DNA of 63,360 bases, filler included, from Octopus bimaculoides (GCF_001194135.2; 6 parts of 5 records of this genome joined end to end with filler, not necessarily neighbours in it), one strand, 5' to 3'; numbered from the whole stretch's first letter, positions 12,685 to 26,107 are shown. Numbers and translations: made by a program. The notes: generated by a model from the sequence alone, not told the origin.

Positions 12685-12730
12685 GACACCTGATGAAGGC
12701 TGGAGGGTATATCAGCCGAAACGTTGTGTT
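12685..12730 (+). ncRNA. Minimal type I hammerhead (family A), intact core
   Basis: GACAC-CTGATGA-A-GGCTG(gagggtatat)CAGCC-GAAAC-GTT-GTGTT; 5-bp stems I and II; palindromic AACGTT stem III; predicted cut after 12725. Confidence 0.8.
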
Positions 12731-12934
12731 AACAACAAACAAGATGAGGACAAATATCCGTCAATTGTAAATAATGTAAATAATTCCTCATCTCTTAAAT
12801 ATAGAACTTTATTAACAACAGATGGTAGCCCCTTGGTGTAGCTAATGCAAGCATCTGTGTGTGAACATTGACCTGCTAGAAATAGAAACCAAATTCCCTC
12901 AAATCAAACACTATTTATAAGGGTATACATATAT

Positions 12935-13200
12935 TTTTTACTTGTTTCAATCATTCAACAGCGGCCATGCTGGGGCACCGTCTTGAAAGGTTTAGTTGAA
13001 CAAATTGAAACAGTACTTATATCCTTTTAAGCCCGCTACTTATTCTGTGTGTGTGCGACGGGCTTCTATGCAGTTTCTGTCACCGAAATTCACACACAAG
13101 CTATTGGTCGACCCAAGGCCGTAGTAGAAGACACTTGCCCAAGTATTGCAGCACAGTGTGACTGGACTCGAAACCAGGTACCATGCGTGCACCTAATACT
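12935..13200 (-). mobile_element. tRNA/CORE SINE with CR1-like tail
   Basis: Reverse complement of CTTGGGCAAGTGTCTTCTACTA body and GGTGCCCCAGCATGGCCGC tail. Confidence 0.8.
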
Positions 13201-13951
13201 CATAGAATATACAAAACGGCAGGATGGCCTAATCTGGAGCGCTTTTGATTGTATGCCTGAGCTAATCAAGACGTCCCAGAGACAACTCCTGTAATAACTG
13301 TGACGATCAAACAGTAAAAATAGATGTGATTTTTCCACACTTTCTTCGTCTCTTACCACCACCATCATCATCATCAATATCACCATCATCAGCACTATCA
13401 TCATTATCACCACTATCAAACTTATCGTTATTATCAACTTCATTTACATCGTATTTCATAGATGTGTTATCAATATCTATATGTTGAATATTAGCATCAT
13501 TAACATCTTCAAAGACCACAATTTTTCCTACTTTTGTTATCACCATGCCAACCATGCACGAGCGGGTTTTATTTAATCGAACAGTTGCAGAATTTCTGAC
13601 TTTTTGCCAAAAGCCATACACAAGATAATATTGATTTTCTCTTTTTTTTTTTTGCTTTTTTTTTTATTTTTGCAAGTCATTCTAAATGACGTTCGTGAAC
13701 AGCTGCGAGGTCGTTCCAGAAAATCTATTTGATGCCAAAATATTGAACCAGTCAACTATCTCCCGAAGTGAGGTCATCGTATTTATTTTAAATTTCATAA
13801 AAATTTAGTAAATAATTTAATAATCGCAGAAAATGTTGCAAATTCTTCCATAAATTTACAGTGCCCGTAAGAAAAAATTGGTTAGATGATAGAGTATTAT
13901 TAGTTAAGTAAGTAAATTAAAAAGTTGGCTATAAAAAATTTACATAACCAT

Positions 13952-14052
13952 AGATGCAGATGTGATTCTGTGATTAAGAAGTTCACTTTGCAACCACATG
14001 GTTTTGGATTCAGTTCCACTGCACGGCACCTTGGACAAATATCTTCTGCTAT
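13952..14052 (+). mobile_element. tRNA/CORE SINE head fragment
   Basis: CAACCACATGGTT...GGCACCTTGGACAAATATCTTCTGCTATAG. Confidence 0.7.
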
Positions 14053-14554
14053 AGAATGATCCCGTGGTGTTGCTGGGCTTTGTATTTTTTCATAGCTCCC
14101 ATGGTTCCCGAGATAATCTACTATCATAATACTCTTGTGTTTATGAATGAGATAGGAAGGGGTGATAGATGAATAAGGAAGGAAGGGGTGATGTCATACT
14201 TGGTAGTGGGATGATGAAAATTGTACTCTGAAAAAAATAAATCAAACAGCGTTTCAACTCTGTGTGGATATATGTGTATGTATGTAAAAGAGGGGGTATG
14301 CGAATGTGTGTGTGTGTTTGTGTGTGCGCGCGTGTGCGCGCGCTCAATAGAAGTGGGATGGTTAATCTTTGTTCGCTTAGTATTTGGGTTTATTTTTTGA
14401 TTTGGTCGAATCTTGGTTTTTTATTTTTGTTGGTCAGTTATTTTTAGCGTTTTCACAGAAAAAAAAGTCATTCTAAAATTTGTTTTTTAACGTAAGCGTG
14501 CCCAAACAAGTTAAATGCTTACACAGAACAGGTTTTACAGCTACATCATCCAAA

Positions 14555-14585
14555 CCGACCGGGTGAAACCGGGCTTAGCTGCTAG
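14555..14585 (+). mobile_element. Helitron-like 3' terminus
   Basis: GC-rich hairpin CCGG-GTGAAA-CCGG followed ~10 nt later by CTAG|T (14582-14586). Confidence 0.55.
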
Positions 14586-15148
14586 TATACATATATATAT
14601 ATATATATATGTGCCTTGTTGCTGTTGTTCTAGATAAAGTCCAACAGTAATTTTAATCCGAGATTAATGGATATAACACTATGGCGAGAGAAATTATTGA
14701 ATGTGTAGTCTTATGAGGATAGAGAAGTAGCAGAAATTGTAAGGTACCTGACTAAATAACCATAGAATTTTTCCAGTTCTAATCCTGCCGGTGTCCACTT
14801 TGGTTTTCATCCCTTCTGGATCGACAAGTTATGCAGTGGTAATGAACCCCAGTTTGGACAAAGTCCGAACGCATTAATATTAAATAAAATCTTATATTAT
14901 GCAAACTATAAGTTTATTAAATTCTTTAAGACATTGCTTAACAGGATTATAATTTACATGTGTTACTTCATCCAAATAAAAATGGCCACTTTCATATAAA
15001 TTTCTTGTAGTCAAGCTGTATCAGCGACCTCATAAATCTAGTTCATTTCTTTATTAAATGAACACCAAAAGAGAGGAAATTGATATAACCTGGTAATTGT
15101 TTAGTGTGTTCATTAATCATTCTATTAGTTATTAACGTTTATCAGTAG

Positions 15149-15196
15149 AATCGTGACAATGAGGAGCAGTTGACAGCCATTATTAAAGCTACGCTG
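15149..15196 (+). CDS. Candidate 48-nt phase 0-0 exon, unknown gene (NRDNEEQLTAIIKATL)
   Basis: CAGTAG acceptor, CTG|GTAAGT donor, open and frame-preserving. Confidence 0.35.
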
Positions 15197-15879
15197 GTAA
15201 GTAAAGAAGGAAATAGAGATATATCACCGTTCAAACGCACAACAGTGTCACAAAAGATGTTATCTTAAGTGAGAAGAATTGTGATGCAAATGTTTGAAAT
15301 GTTCAGAAGTTGACTTTTACATCGATCGATCGTTGTTGACGTCAAAACCTTACACTAAACTCTCGAATTAATTTCTGCTCGACCTTTCTTTACTGACACA
15401 TGACACATACATCATACACACGGCATAAAATATAATCGCACATACATCATATGCACCACACACACACATACACGAATGTCACGCATATATCTCATATAGC
15501 CAGACATACATACACACATAACGTATTAAATACAATTTACTCAAGCATTGTACATACATCACAAACATACATACAACACATTTAAACACACAGCTAAACG
15601 CATACGCGCATATATCACAGCCATCAGACTCATAGTTCATATATATTGTACCTACTGTTATATTAACTATAACACACACACAATCTCTCTTCCCCTCTCA
15701 CTCTTTCTCTCCCCACATCCACAAAATACATGTGACACACATAATACGTATAAAACCCACACATAAATCACATCATGTTCCTCATATATAACTATCATTA
15801 ATGTATTATACATAAATATAAATATATATATATATNNNNNNNNNNNNNNNNNNNNNNNNNNNNNNNNNNNNNNNNNNNN

Positions 15880-15891
15880 TTAATTAATTAA
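15880..15891. other. Synthetic assembly gap linker TTAATTAATTAA
   Basis: Same 12-mer inside 100-bp N gaps at 15880, 25020, 38446, 49443 and 58986; stops in all six frames. Confidence 0.95.
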
Positions 15892-16317
15892 NNNNNNNNN
15901 NNNNNNNNNNNNNNNNNNNNNNNNNNNNNNNNNNNCATATGTATATATATCTTTGTGTCTGCTTGTGTGTGTGTGTCTGTGTATGTCTCGGTTTATTAAG
16001 AAGTTGGCACTTAGAGTGGAATTGTTCGGCTTCAGTATCATTAGAATTCAATTAAGTGCATTGCAAGAAGTAGCGTCTAGGATTTATATATGCACGTGTG
16101 TTAGAGTGACGTTGGAACTAATTGTAAGATTTGTCTGTCGGGAAGCCATGAAACTCGGTGGATTATGTTGCATAGATAATGAACCATAAATCTCTGGATT
16201 ATTTAGTTAGATCAGTGGTTCTCGACCGGGATGCACATGACTCTTGGCGGAGGGGCATACAAGATGTTAAAAATTATGTGCATTAAATTGGTTATAGTTC
16301 TATAATACGTAAAAATG

Positions 16318-16570
16318 CGCGTGGCGTAGTGGTTAAGTTGTCGCACTCGCGATCGTTATGTCGTAGGTTCGATTCACAGACTGGGCAGGGCGTTGTTGAG
16401 CAAAACACTTCATTTCACGTTGCTCTTGTCTTCCTTTTGACCAGGGGGTAATGTTGGCCAGCTCGCCTAACCAGCGGGGTGGCGTCATTTGAAGGCTAAA
16501 ACAATGCATGGTTACACTGCGACCAGCGATGTGATACAACACCTGAAAGTCTGGTCGGTCACGTGATTGT
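16318..16570 (+). mobile_element. tRNA/CORE SINE, alternative tail
   Basis: GGCGTAGTGGTTAAG...GGTTCGATT...TTGAGCAAAACACTTCATTTCACGTTGCTC then a tail unlike 555-870. Confidence 0.7.
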
Positions 16571-16598
16571 TCACGTGGTGCTGTGTGAATACGCAAAA

Positions 16599-17487
16599 TA
16601 TTGGGTCATTCCATAAATAATGCAGTTTTTTAATATTTCTTTTATTTTTCAATCTAAATATACTCTCCTTCATTTTCCACAATGCTCTTACAATCTATCT
16701 GGTAGACTTGCAAGTCCCCACTCCAAAATTCACTCGTCCGTGACGAAAAATACTCCTCCAGTACTGTTCTGACCTCGTCTACAGAATTCATACTTTTTCC
16801 GTCCGAATGATTTTGAAGACTGCGGAATAAATAATAATCAGATGGGAAAATGTTAAGTGAATATGGTGGGCGGGGCATCGTTTCCCATTCAGCCTTTGGA
16901 ATGTCATCTTCGCTGTATGTGGCCGAGCATTATCCTGATGGAAGAACACCTTTCATCTTGAAACCAAAGATGGTCGTATTCCTTCTAGCGCTGACTTGAA
17001 TGATTGGTTGAACGACAAAATCCAAGCTTCTCTGCTAGTTCCTCAGCAGTTACGATGGGATTTTGTTCCATCAGTGTTTGCAGGACGTCCTCGTCGAGAT
17101 CGACAGATCTTCCAGGACGAGCCTCGTCTTCTAGACTGTAGTTTCTGGCTCAGAATCTCTGGAACCACCGTTGACACTGGCTTACGCTTATTGCCCGATC
17201 CCCATATACTGCATAAATATTCCTCGCACTTTCCATTCCGTTGTTGCCTTTATTGAACTCATAAAGCAAAATATGCCGAATATGCGCCTTTGTCACTTCC
17301 ATTATAGCTTTGAAAAAATAACTTTTAAAAACGAACTGGACTCTTCAAAATTTGCACTAAGAATAAGGACAAGGTAAAGTTACTACCTGCTTTTATAGCA
17401 AGTTGATGCAGGTAGTTCATCCCATCTCCCTCGGACTTTTCGTTCATGCTATTGAAAAAACAGCATTATTTATGGGATGACTCAATA
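16599..17487 (-). mobile_element. Internally deleted mariner with both TIRs and TA ends
   Basis: TIRs TATTGGGTCATTCCATAAATAA / TTATTTATGGGATGACTCAATA; ATG at 17302 MEVTKAHIRHILLYEF..QCQRWF..EELAEKLG, then HQDNARPH and PYS..PSDYYLFRSLQNH. Confidence 0.92.
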
Positions 17488-18069
17488 CTTTAATAATCTT
17501 TTAATGCAATTACTAATAATATTTAATTATAAAAATACAATAGGATTTTTTAAACATCGTATGGCTGTGCGGATCCCTCCGAGTAAAATAGGGGAAAAAA
17601 TGGGTAAAAAGAAAGGGTTGAGAACCATTGAGTTATTTTACTGAATTATATAGAGTGTGTCTAGGGAGTAGACGCAATGTATATTATCAAGGATTGTACG
17701 GTTGTTTTCCTATTAAGTCGATCTCTACGTAGGGAAGTGAAAACGCTTTTGTTTCTGATTCAAAATAAATATTAAGGCGAGCTGGCAGAATCGTTAGGAC
17801 ACTGGACAAAATACTTAGCGGCATTTCTTCCGAATTCACGTTGTAAGTCCATATGCTGCCGATATCGACTTGGTACTGGAGTCGCTGCAATCGAGAAGCC
17901 CACTCCTCCAAAATTTCAAGCTGTGCACGTAGTAGAAAATGCTATTACTTATAAAAACGTATACAAATGAATATTTTGTTTCTGATAGAAAATAAATATT
18001 AAGGGAAACAGGAAAACAGTTAAATTAGCGAAATAGAGAGCATCAAATAAAATAATCAATATTGAGAAC

Positions 18070-18230
18070 AGCGATGGCAGCGAGCTGACAGAATCCTTAG
18101 CACGCAGGGCAAAATGCTTAGCGGCATTTCGTCCGTCATTACGTTCTAAGTTCAAATTCCACCGAGGTCGACTTTGCCTTTCATCCTCCCCCGAAATAGC
18201 TGGCCTTGTGTCGAATTTTGAAACTAATAC
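18070..18230 (+). mobile_element. tRNA-derived SINE (GGCGGCGAGCTGGCAGAA family)
   Basis: Head and body match 6182-6426; further copies at ~17778, ~20375 (+), ~30170 and ~36420 (-). Confidence 0.8.
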
Positions 18231-18504
18231 AGGCTACAGCTCTAATCAGCCAGCAGATCGTAATTAGCTAAGAGTGCGAAAATATTGGGAAGAATTAAGA
18301 GATAAACCATTAAACTTTTGATTCTCTATTATCTTAGTTGAATCTATCAAAATATAAAATGTATTATATTGAAGTAGATTAATGGAGATTTTGGGGGTTT
18401 CGAATGAGCCATGTTGCTTTCAACTATATTCTATCACGAACTGATTTTTATGGAGTCACCTTTATGCTTTTTATCTTTTATTATCATCTATCTTTTATTA
18501 TCAT

Positions 18505-18829
18505 CTATCTTTTACTTGTTTCAGCCATTTGACTGCGGCCATGCTGGGGCACCGCCTTGAAGAATTTTTAGTCGAATGAATCAACCCCACTACTTATACT
18601 TTTTTAAAGCCTGGTACTTATTCTATCGGTCACTTTTGCCGAACCTACAAGTTATGGGGACATAAACACACCAACACCGGTTGTCAAGTGGTGATGGGGT
18701 ACAAACACAGATACAAAGACACAAACACACAGACACATATACATATATAAACATATATATTCTTTTTTTCTTTTATTTGTTCCAGTCATCCGCAGCTATG
18801 CTGGAGTACCACGTGAAGGGTTTTAGTCG

Positions 18830-18874
<45 letters not shown>

Positions 18875-19035
18875 TACGTCGTGATTCTTACAGTTTCCGT
18901 CTACCAAATCCACTCACAGGATTTGGTCGGCCTCAGGCTATAGTAGAAGACACTTTCCCAAGGTCCCATGCAGAGGGTCTGATCCTGGATTCATGTGGTT
19001 GACATAAACTTCTTACTACACGGCCACGCCTGCGC
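18505..19035 (-). mobile_element. tRNA/CORE SINE with CR1-like tail and internal (CA)/(GATA) arrays
   Basis: Head ~19030-18880, tail ~18515-18740 on minus strand. Confidence 0.75.
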
Positions 19036-19818
19036 TTGAAACCTCGCAGAATTATTTCTTCCACTGCAATGTTAGTGACAGACAGACAGCCTGACAGAGA
19101 AGGAAGGTGGGCGTTTAAAAATGGTCTCTGTAAAACCAGCAAGATCGGAGATGTAATTCATTTCCAAAAATCCACCAACCATAAATAAGGTTTAATTAAT
19201 GGAGGCCACAAAAAGATTTAACTCCAGAAATATTTAACTGTACTTTATCTGTATCTCTGTATCTATTTATTTTCCCCTTCTTTTTTTTCTTTCTAGTTTT
19301 TGTTTTAGTTTCATCTGTGACATAACAGCCATTATATACCTTCTTCAGATAGTCATGGCTTGCCAGCTTTTATGCGGACGTTTAAATTGATTAAATAAAT
19401 AAATAATTAAAATAAGTATAGAGACTTGTCAAAGTCATTGAGCGGGGACTATCATTAAGTGTGAATAAGTAAATAAAATAATTAAAACTTATTTTACTGT
19501 GATTAAAGAAGAAGATAGATAAATAAAAAATCAGAAGTAATAAAATGTAAAAAGCATTGAAATCGATCAATAAATATATTAGTTTGAGAACAATACTAGA
19601 GTTATGAAATATAAATTGAAAACAGTAATAAAAATGTCCTAAAATAATAATAAAATTTGTTGTTGCCAGAATCATTATCATCGACCAGTGAAGGGTGCTG
19701 AACCATTCATTAGATTTTAAAATAGCTATATAATTTAAAATAAGCTTATGTAGAAAAGGTTGACGAGAAAGCTTTTTTCAAAATTAATAAGACAGAAAAA
19801 TATCATTAATATAATTTC

Positions 19819-19920
<102 letters not shown>

Positions 19921-22219
19921 TGTTATCCTCATCATCGCCCACAACCATCATCCTCGTCGTCGTCGTCGTCGTCATCATTATTAATGTTAAGGAAATATTT
20001 TAAAGATAGCATAAAGATTAGATCATATTTCATGAATTAGATATGATCATCTCTGGTTGATTGCATTACATTAATAAATTATTTAAAGGATTAAGAGAGC
20101 AACTTAATTTATGGTCTTAATTTAAAATGTTTAATAATCTTTTATGGTTTATAATTCTTGGGGTATAAAATTATTATTTCGATTAGGGTTAAATGGAGAA
20201 AAGTAATGTATAACCGAAATTTTATACTTTTGATTTAAGTTTAAACTTTGTAGAAAACATGAGTGTTGAGGATGGATTTTCTCTGTCATTAGTGGTGATG
20301 AGGATAAATTTTCGTTTTTAGTGGGAGCCAGTAGATTATCTAACGCCATTTGTCTCTCATTATTTCTGAGGTAACATAAGGTGGCTGGCAGAAACGTTAA
20401 GCCCATCGTATTTTTTTTTAACATTCTGAATACAAATTACACCGTGGTCGAATTTGCCTTTCATCCTTTTGGGGTCGATAAAATGCGTATCAGTTGGGCC
20501 CTAGGAGCGATAAAATCGACTTCTTAAAGTGTTTAATCCCAGTAAAGTAAAAAACGAAATATTAATTCGCATTTAAGATGATTTTTTTCAAATTTAATGT
20601 TTGTCATATAGTTTTAACTAGGTAGACATGTAGTATATAAGACATTTAACATAATAGCATCAATTTAGAAGGCTCTAAAAGCAGCTATTTTCGTTTCTAT
20701 ACGATTTTGTCCCAAGCACAGCTTGACGACACTGTAGAGTAGGAGACTAAAAAAGAAAGAAAAGCAGGTGAGGGGGCCCACAATTCCAAAAGATTAAATG
20801 AGGTCAATGCACAATTATAATTAAATTGATCGTTAAATCTTTTCTTGTTGCTATTCCACATCACCATTTTTGCTCAACAAAACACAATGAGCTTGTTAAA
20901 AAATATATTTTAGCGATAGAGGCAGTATTAATACCGAGAGGTAATATTTATCCTCACTTAAACATGAAGGTTCACACATCCGCGTTTAAGGGGGAGATAA
21001 ATCTTACCAAAAGATGCCCACTTGGCACCGTCCATTCGTCGCACCTGCGATACGACCGCCTTCGATCGAAAGAGGAACTACCCATTTCCTGTGTTCCGAG
21101 TTCGAGAGTAGACTGAAGCCGTGAATGTTCCTCCAGCCTCAGGCTTTTCGCTTTACCAAGCGGAATTGCATGTCGTTTTGCCGCTGGCGCCAGCTATCTT
21201 GAGAGAAACTTCAAACCATATACTAGATGGCTCAATTCGTTTTTTCCAAGCTATACTTGGTTCCGACGATCAATTTGCATATCAGAGGAATTTTGGATTT
21301 CCATCAGTATTCTTTTGGTTTCGTCCACACCGGGCATGTATCACTATGTTTTTGTTGTCAATTAATGCTTTGTCTTTATATATTGCAAAGAGCAACGTGA
21401 AGTTTTAAAATTGTATCCTTTCTTCGTTCGCAGCGAGAAAGAAATTTGTGAAAATTTGAGGACGTTTTATGTCGATATATTAGCATTAGAAACAGTCTAT
21501 TACCGAGTGCGAGTGAAATAAATTGTTTAATACATATCTGTAATACATAGATTTATTTATTAATTAACTTAACAGATATGAAATCAACTTCTAGAAGATG
21601 ACCTGACAATTTTAGCAACGTGTAAATAGTTATCTAGCGAGATGGGATAGGATGACAATGTATAAATATAGCTGGCGAGAGCAGAAAGAGATAAACGGAA
21701 AAAAAGTTGCTACTGCCATTCTACCTCTGGGTATTTGAAAACTGATTCCAATATGATATCCTCTCTCTTTATCTCACACACACATGTAGGGGAAAGGAAA
21801 CTGTGTGCTATAAAACACCATATTTGTACGAAAAGAAAAGAAAACACTGTAAATGATTTTTTATTCTCGTGAAAGTTAGCGAATGAAGGCAGTACGACGT
21901 TGATGCCACAACTTTAAATGGAAGAGATAAGCCGGTAGAATATCTGAAGTCGAGCTATTTCAGGTGCGAAATAAAAAAGTTTTCAGACGGTAATATTAGC
22001 TATATAGAAAATTTATGGTCTATGGAGAGTAAAAGAAAATTTTAACATATATTCGCAATATACAACTTTATCAATTTATTTACCTTGTTCAAGTAGTGCT
22101 TCATGAAATGCGTTCTGTGTATTTATGAAAATATATAATGTAATATAAAAACATGAATTGATATTCAAAAATAAATTCATACAAGGAAGTATCTATTGGT
22201 ATGTATGTACGTATGTATG

Positions 22220-22260
<41 letters not shown>

Positions 22261-23336
22261 GTGCGTGTACATCTGCGGTGTATTTGTATGTGTGTGTGAG
22301 CATAAGTGCACACATAAATCTACAGAGATATGTCCATAAACTACATTCGTTGTTAATTCTGATCATTTTTATGTAACCATCTATATTTTACGCACACACA
22401 CTTACTCATATATATATATATATATATANNNNNNNNNNNNNNNNNNNNNNNNNNNNNNNNNNNNNNNNNNNNNNNNNNNNNNNNNNNNNNNNNNNNNNNN
22501 NNNNNNNNNNNNNNNNNNNNNNNNNNNNNNNNNNNNNNNNNNNNNNNNNNNNNNNNNNNNNNNNNNNNNNNNNNNNNNNNNNNNNNNNNNNNNNNNNNNN
22601 NNNNNNNNNNNNNNNNNNNNNNNNNNNNNNNNNNNNNNNNNNNNNNNNNNNNNNNNNNNNNNNNNNNNNNNNNNNNNNNNNNNNNNNNNNNNNNNNNNNN
22701 NNNNNNNNNNNNNNNNNNNNNNNNNNNNNNNNNNNNNNNNNNNNNNNNNNNNNNNNNNNNNNNNNNNNNNNNNNNNNNNNNNNNNNNNNNNNNNNNNNNN
22801 NNNNNNNNNNNNNNNNNNNNNNNNNNNNNNNNNNNNNNNNNNNNNNNNNNNNNNNNNNNNNNNNNNNNNNNNNNNNNNNNNNNNNNNNNNNNNNNNNNNN
22901 NNNNNNNNNNNNNNNNNNNNNNNNNNNNNNNNNNNNNNNNNNNNNNNNNNNNNNNNNNNNNNNNNNNNNNNNNNNNNNNNNNNNNNNNNNNNNNNNNNNN
23001 NNNNNNNNNNNNNNNNNNNNNNNNNNNNNNNNNNNNNNNNNNNNNNNNNNNNNNNNNNNNNNNNNNNNNNNNNNNNNNNNNNNNNNNNNNNNNNNNNNNN
23101 NNNNNNNNNNNNNNNNNNNNNNNNNNNNNNNNNNNNNNNNNNNNNNNNNNNNNNNNNNNNNNNNNNNNNNNNNNNNNNNNNNNNNNNNNNNNNNNNNNNN
23201 NNNNNNNNNNNNNNNNNNNNNNNNNNNNNNNNNNNNNNNNNNNNNNNNNNNNNNNNNNNNNNNNNNNNNNNNNNNNNNNNNNNNNNNNNNNNNNNNNNNN
23301 NNNNNNNNNNNNNNNNNNNNNNNNNNNNNNNNNNNN

Positions 23337-23406
<70 letters not shown>

Positions 23407-23719
23407 GTATAAATATATGTATGCGTATGTACATGTATATTCATGTGTATGCAATATGTCTATAAAATATTAAAATTAAACAAACTGGAGAAACACTTCC
23501 CAAAGAAATACAAGATATTAATAACAATTTAATTTAGAGGACACTTAAATGTTTCGATGACTGTTCTTCTCATCAGCCACTCTTGAAGTAAATACAAGTA
23601 TTCGTTTAACAACAACAGTATAGAACAGTTATTGCTATTACGAGTCGACTGACGATGTACAAATGAATAAAACTATCAATATATATTTTACGGACAAATT
23701 ATATCTTAGAAATTTTTCT

Positions 23720-24070
23720 TTTATATATCCAGGCCTATTCCTCATTTTTTTAAGGAGCGGGTAGCCACAACAAGACGCACCAAGTATTCCATTCATTTCC
23801 CAGCTCTAAAAGGCGAGCCCCGTTCTATACTCAGATCAAGGCATAGAACAGAATTTCCAATATCACCAGCGGGGTCCGACATCATATACTGGTTTATCCC
23901 CGATACACATCATGCTGGTTCCATACCCCTTTGAGCAAGATCAATTCACTCATCCGTCCACAAACACTCTTCAAACATTCCTATCGTTAATAAACTCTCT
24001 TGCCTTTCTCACTCCAACACCTCAAACCATCAAAGCTTTCCTCACTCCATCCATCCATTACTATATAAAC
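23720..24070 (-). mobile_element. RTE-like LINE 3' fragment
   Basis: Minus strand MDGVRKALMV*GVGVRKAREFINDRNV*RVFV, resembling an RTE C-terminus. Confidence 0.6.
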
Positions 24071-24481
24071 ATATAGAAATATAGTGAAGAAAAATAACTG
24101 AAGTGTTTTATAGTAAGCTGAGACGCGTAAATACGAGTAACCTGATGTAAAAGAAAACAGGTGCATATAAACCTGGGCAATACAAGTGTAATTAGTCTGA
24201 GGATGTACAACGATCCGACACATGTTTGGTACAATGTGGGGTCGTCTATGTACCTTAAACAAAGATAAGGAATGAAGGCCTAATATAACACTTAAAGAAA
24301 GGTACGTATAACATCATTTCTTTGTGCTACAATACAGGTTCATTTTTTCAGTTTGTCTGATACCAACAGATTTAGTCATAACACCGACTGCATGCGATGT
24401 TACTGCGCATTCTGAGTGATTAAATATCTCCTACATATTAAGTAAAATTTCACTGCCTTGTTTCACGAGCGTATATGTGCA

Positions 24482-24520
<39 letters not shown>

Positions 24521-24925
24521 ATGTCTGTATCTATTTATGTACGTATATAATTATGCGCATAGTTTAAAACATAAGAGAGTTGGTTGGATGAATATTTAAT
24601 ATTTTGTTCTTATTGCTAGCAAATGTAATATCGGAGTGACAAGTGTTGTAATATCCATCTTGAAACTAAATTTCAGTAATGGGAGAATGTATTCCCATTT
24701 GAATACTAAGAAAATAAAGCGTTATATAATTCCTTGCCAATTCTGCTTAATGTTTTCCTTTTGTATTCATATACATCTATACACCCATGCGTGCTTACGT
24801 ACATACATACGGGGAAGTATGTTTGTATGGTTGTATTTACTTTTGTATGCATGTAGGTATGTAGGGATGTATATATTTGTATATGCATCTATGAATCTCT
24901 AAGTATATGTATGTGTAAAAAGTTC

Positions 24926-24975
<50 letters not shown>

Positions 24976-26054
24976 NNNNNNNNNNNNNNNNNNNNNNNNN
25001 NNNNNNNNNNNNNNNNNNNTTAATTAATTAANNNNNNNNNNNNNNNNNNNNNNNNNNNNNNNNNNNNNNNNNNNNTATATATATATATATTTACATATAT
25101 GAGGGTATACTGAATATAATAATGCTTCCAGAAACAAATACATCTATATTGATGTCTGTTTGTCTGTCTCTCCCTGCCTTTTTATATGTATGTCTATGTG
25201 TATGTATATTTGTGTATGTGTGTGTGTGTATTTTGATGACAGGAAAGGTAAACTTCAGCTTGACACACCCATTTATCGGGCAATTGTTTGTTTTTGTTGG
25301 TAGCTATCTGGCCAGGACGTCTATCAATTAGCTCCGTATTTCTCACAAACCTTTGACTTCATATCAATCCTGCACTGTTATTCCAATGTATCACTCCATC
25401 AAAAGGTTATGACACACAATAGTTAGTGTGTTATTAATTATTACAGAAAGGCCATAACGGCCATCACAATGTACTCAGATAGATCACTGGCTATTACTTG
25501 CATTGTCACAAATTAGTTTATTAACTTTGCAATCGAAACATCACCAGTCAATAGCCAATCAATCAAAAGCTGCATGATAAGTGTGCAACTGCTCCCGACG
25601 ATGCATTAACGAACATATATATTAATCATACTGCTGTATAATTAGTAAGTTAATTCTTAGTAGGTCATCATCTTTCTGATAGTTCACTGGCAAAATTTGT
25701 GGTTAAGTCAAGTTCTCTATAGTGATTTGTGTGTCTGTTTATTGTCTTCAAGTGTGAGAATGTGAGTGTGTGTGAGTGTGTCTGTATGTGTGTGTGTGTG
25801 TGTGTGTTTGAGTGTTCGTATGCGCTTGTATATGCTTGTATGTGCTTATGTATGTTCTTGTGCATATGTGTATGTACATATAATGTATATACACACATAT
25901 ACATCCACTCACACACACACACATACATATATGCATACACACACACATATATATATATATATACACACACATGTATATATATGTGTGTGTGTAAAATATA
26001 GATATAGATTTATACGTACACATACATTTATATGCATATGTACCTATATGTGTG

Positions 26055-26107
<53 letters not shown>

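Larger units (their letters stand above)
12318..12807 (+). mobile_element. PLE-derived element: inverted pLTR + ORF C-terminus + tRNA-like head + (AAT)n + HHR-bearing pLTR
   Basis: 12318-12424 is the reverse complement of 12687-12790; middle encodes DVNSIWEPVLRK..* (resembles a PLE ORF end); A/B boxes at ~12519-12570. Confidence 0.75.

Noticed and set aside
15880-15891. Recurrent TTAATTAATTAA palindrome as a biological motif
   Set aside because: Always centred in 100-bp N gaps; assembly linker.
21300-21365. PEBP-like GMYHYVFVV
   Set aside because: No GPP or other PEBP context, and followed at once by a stop.
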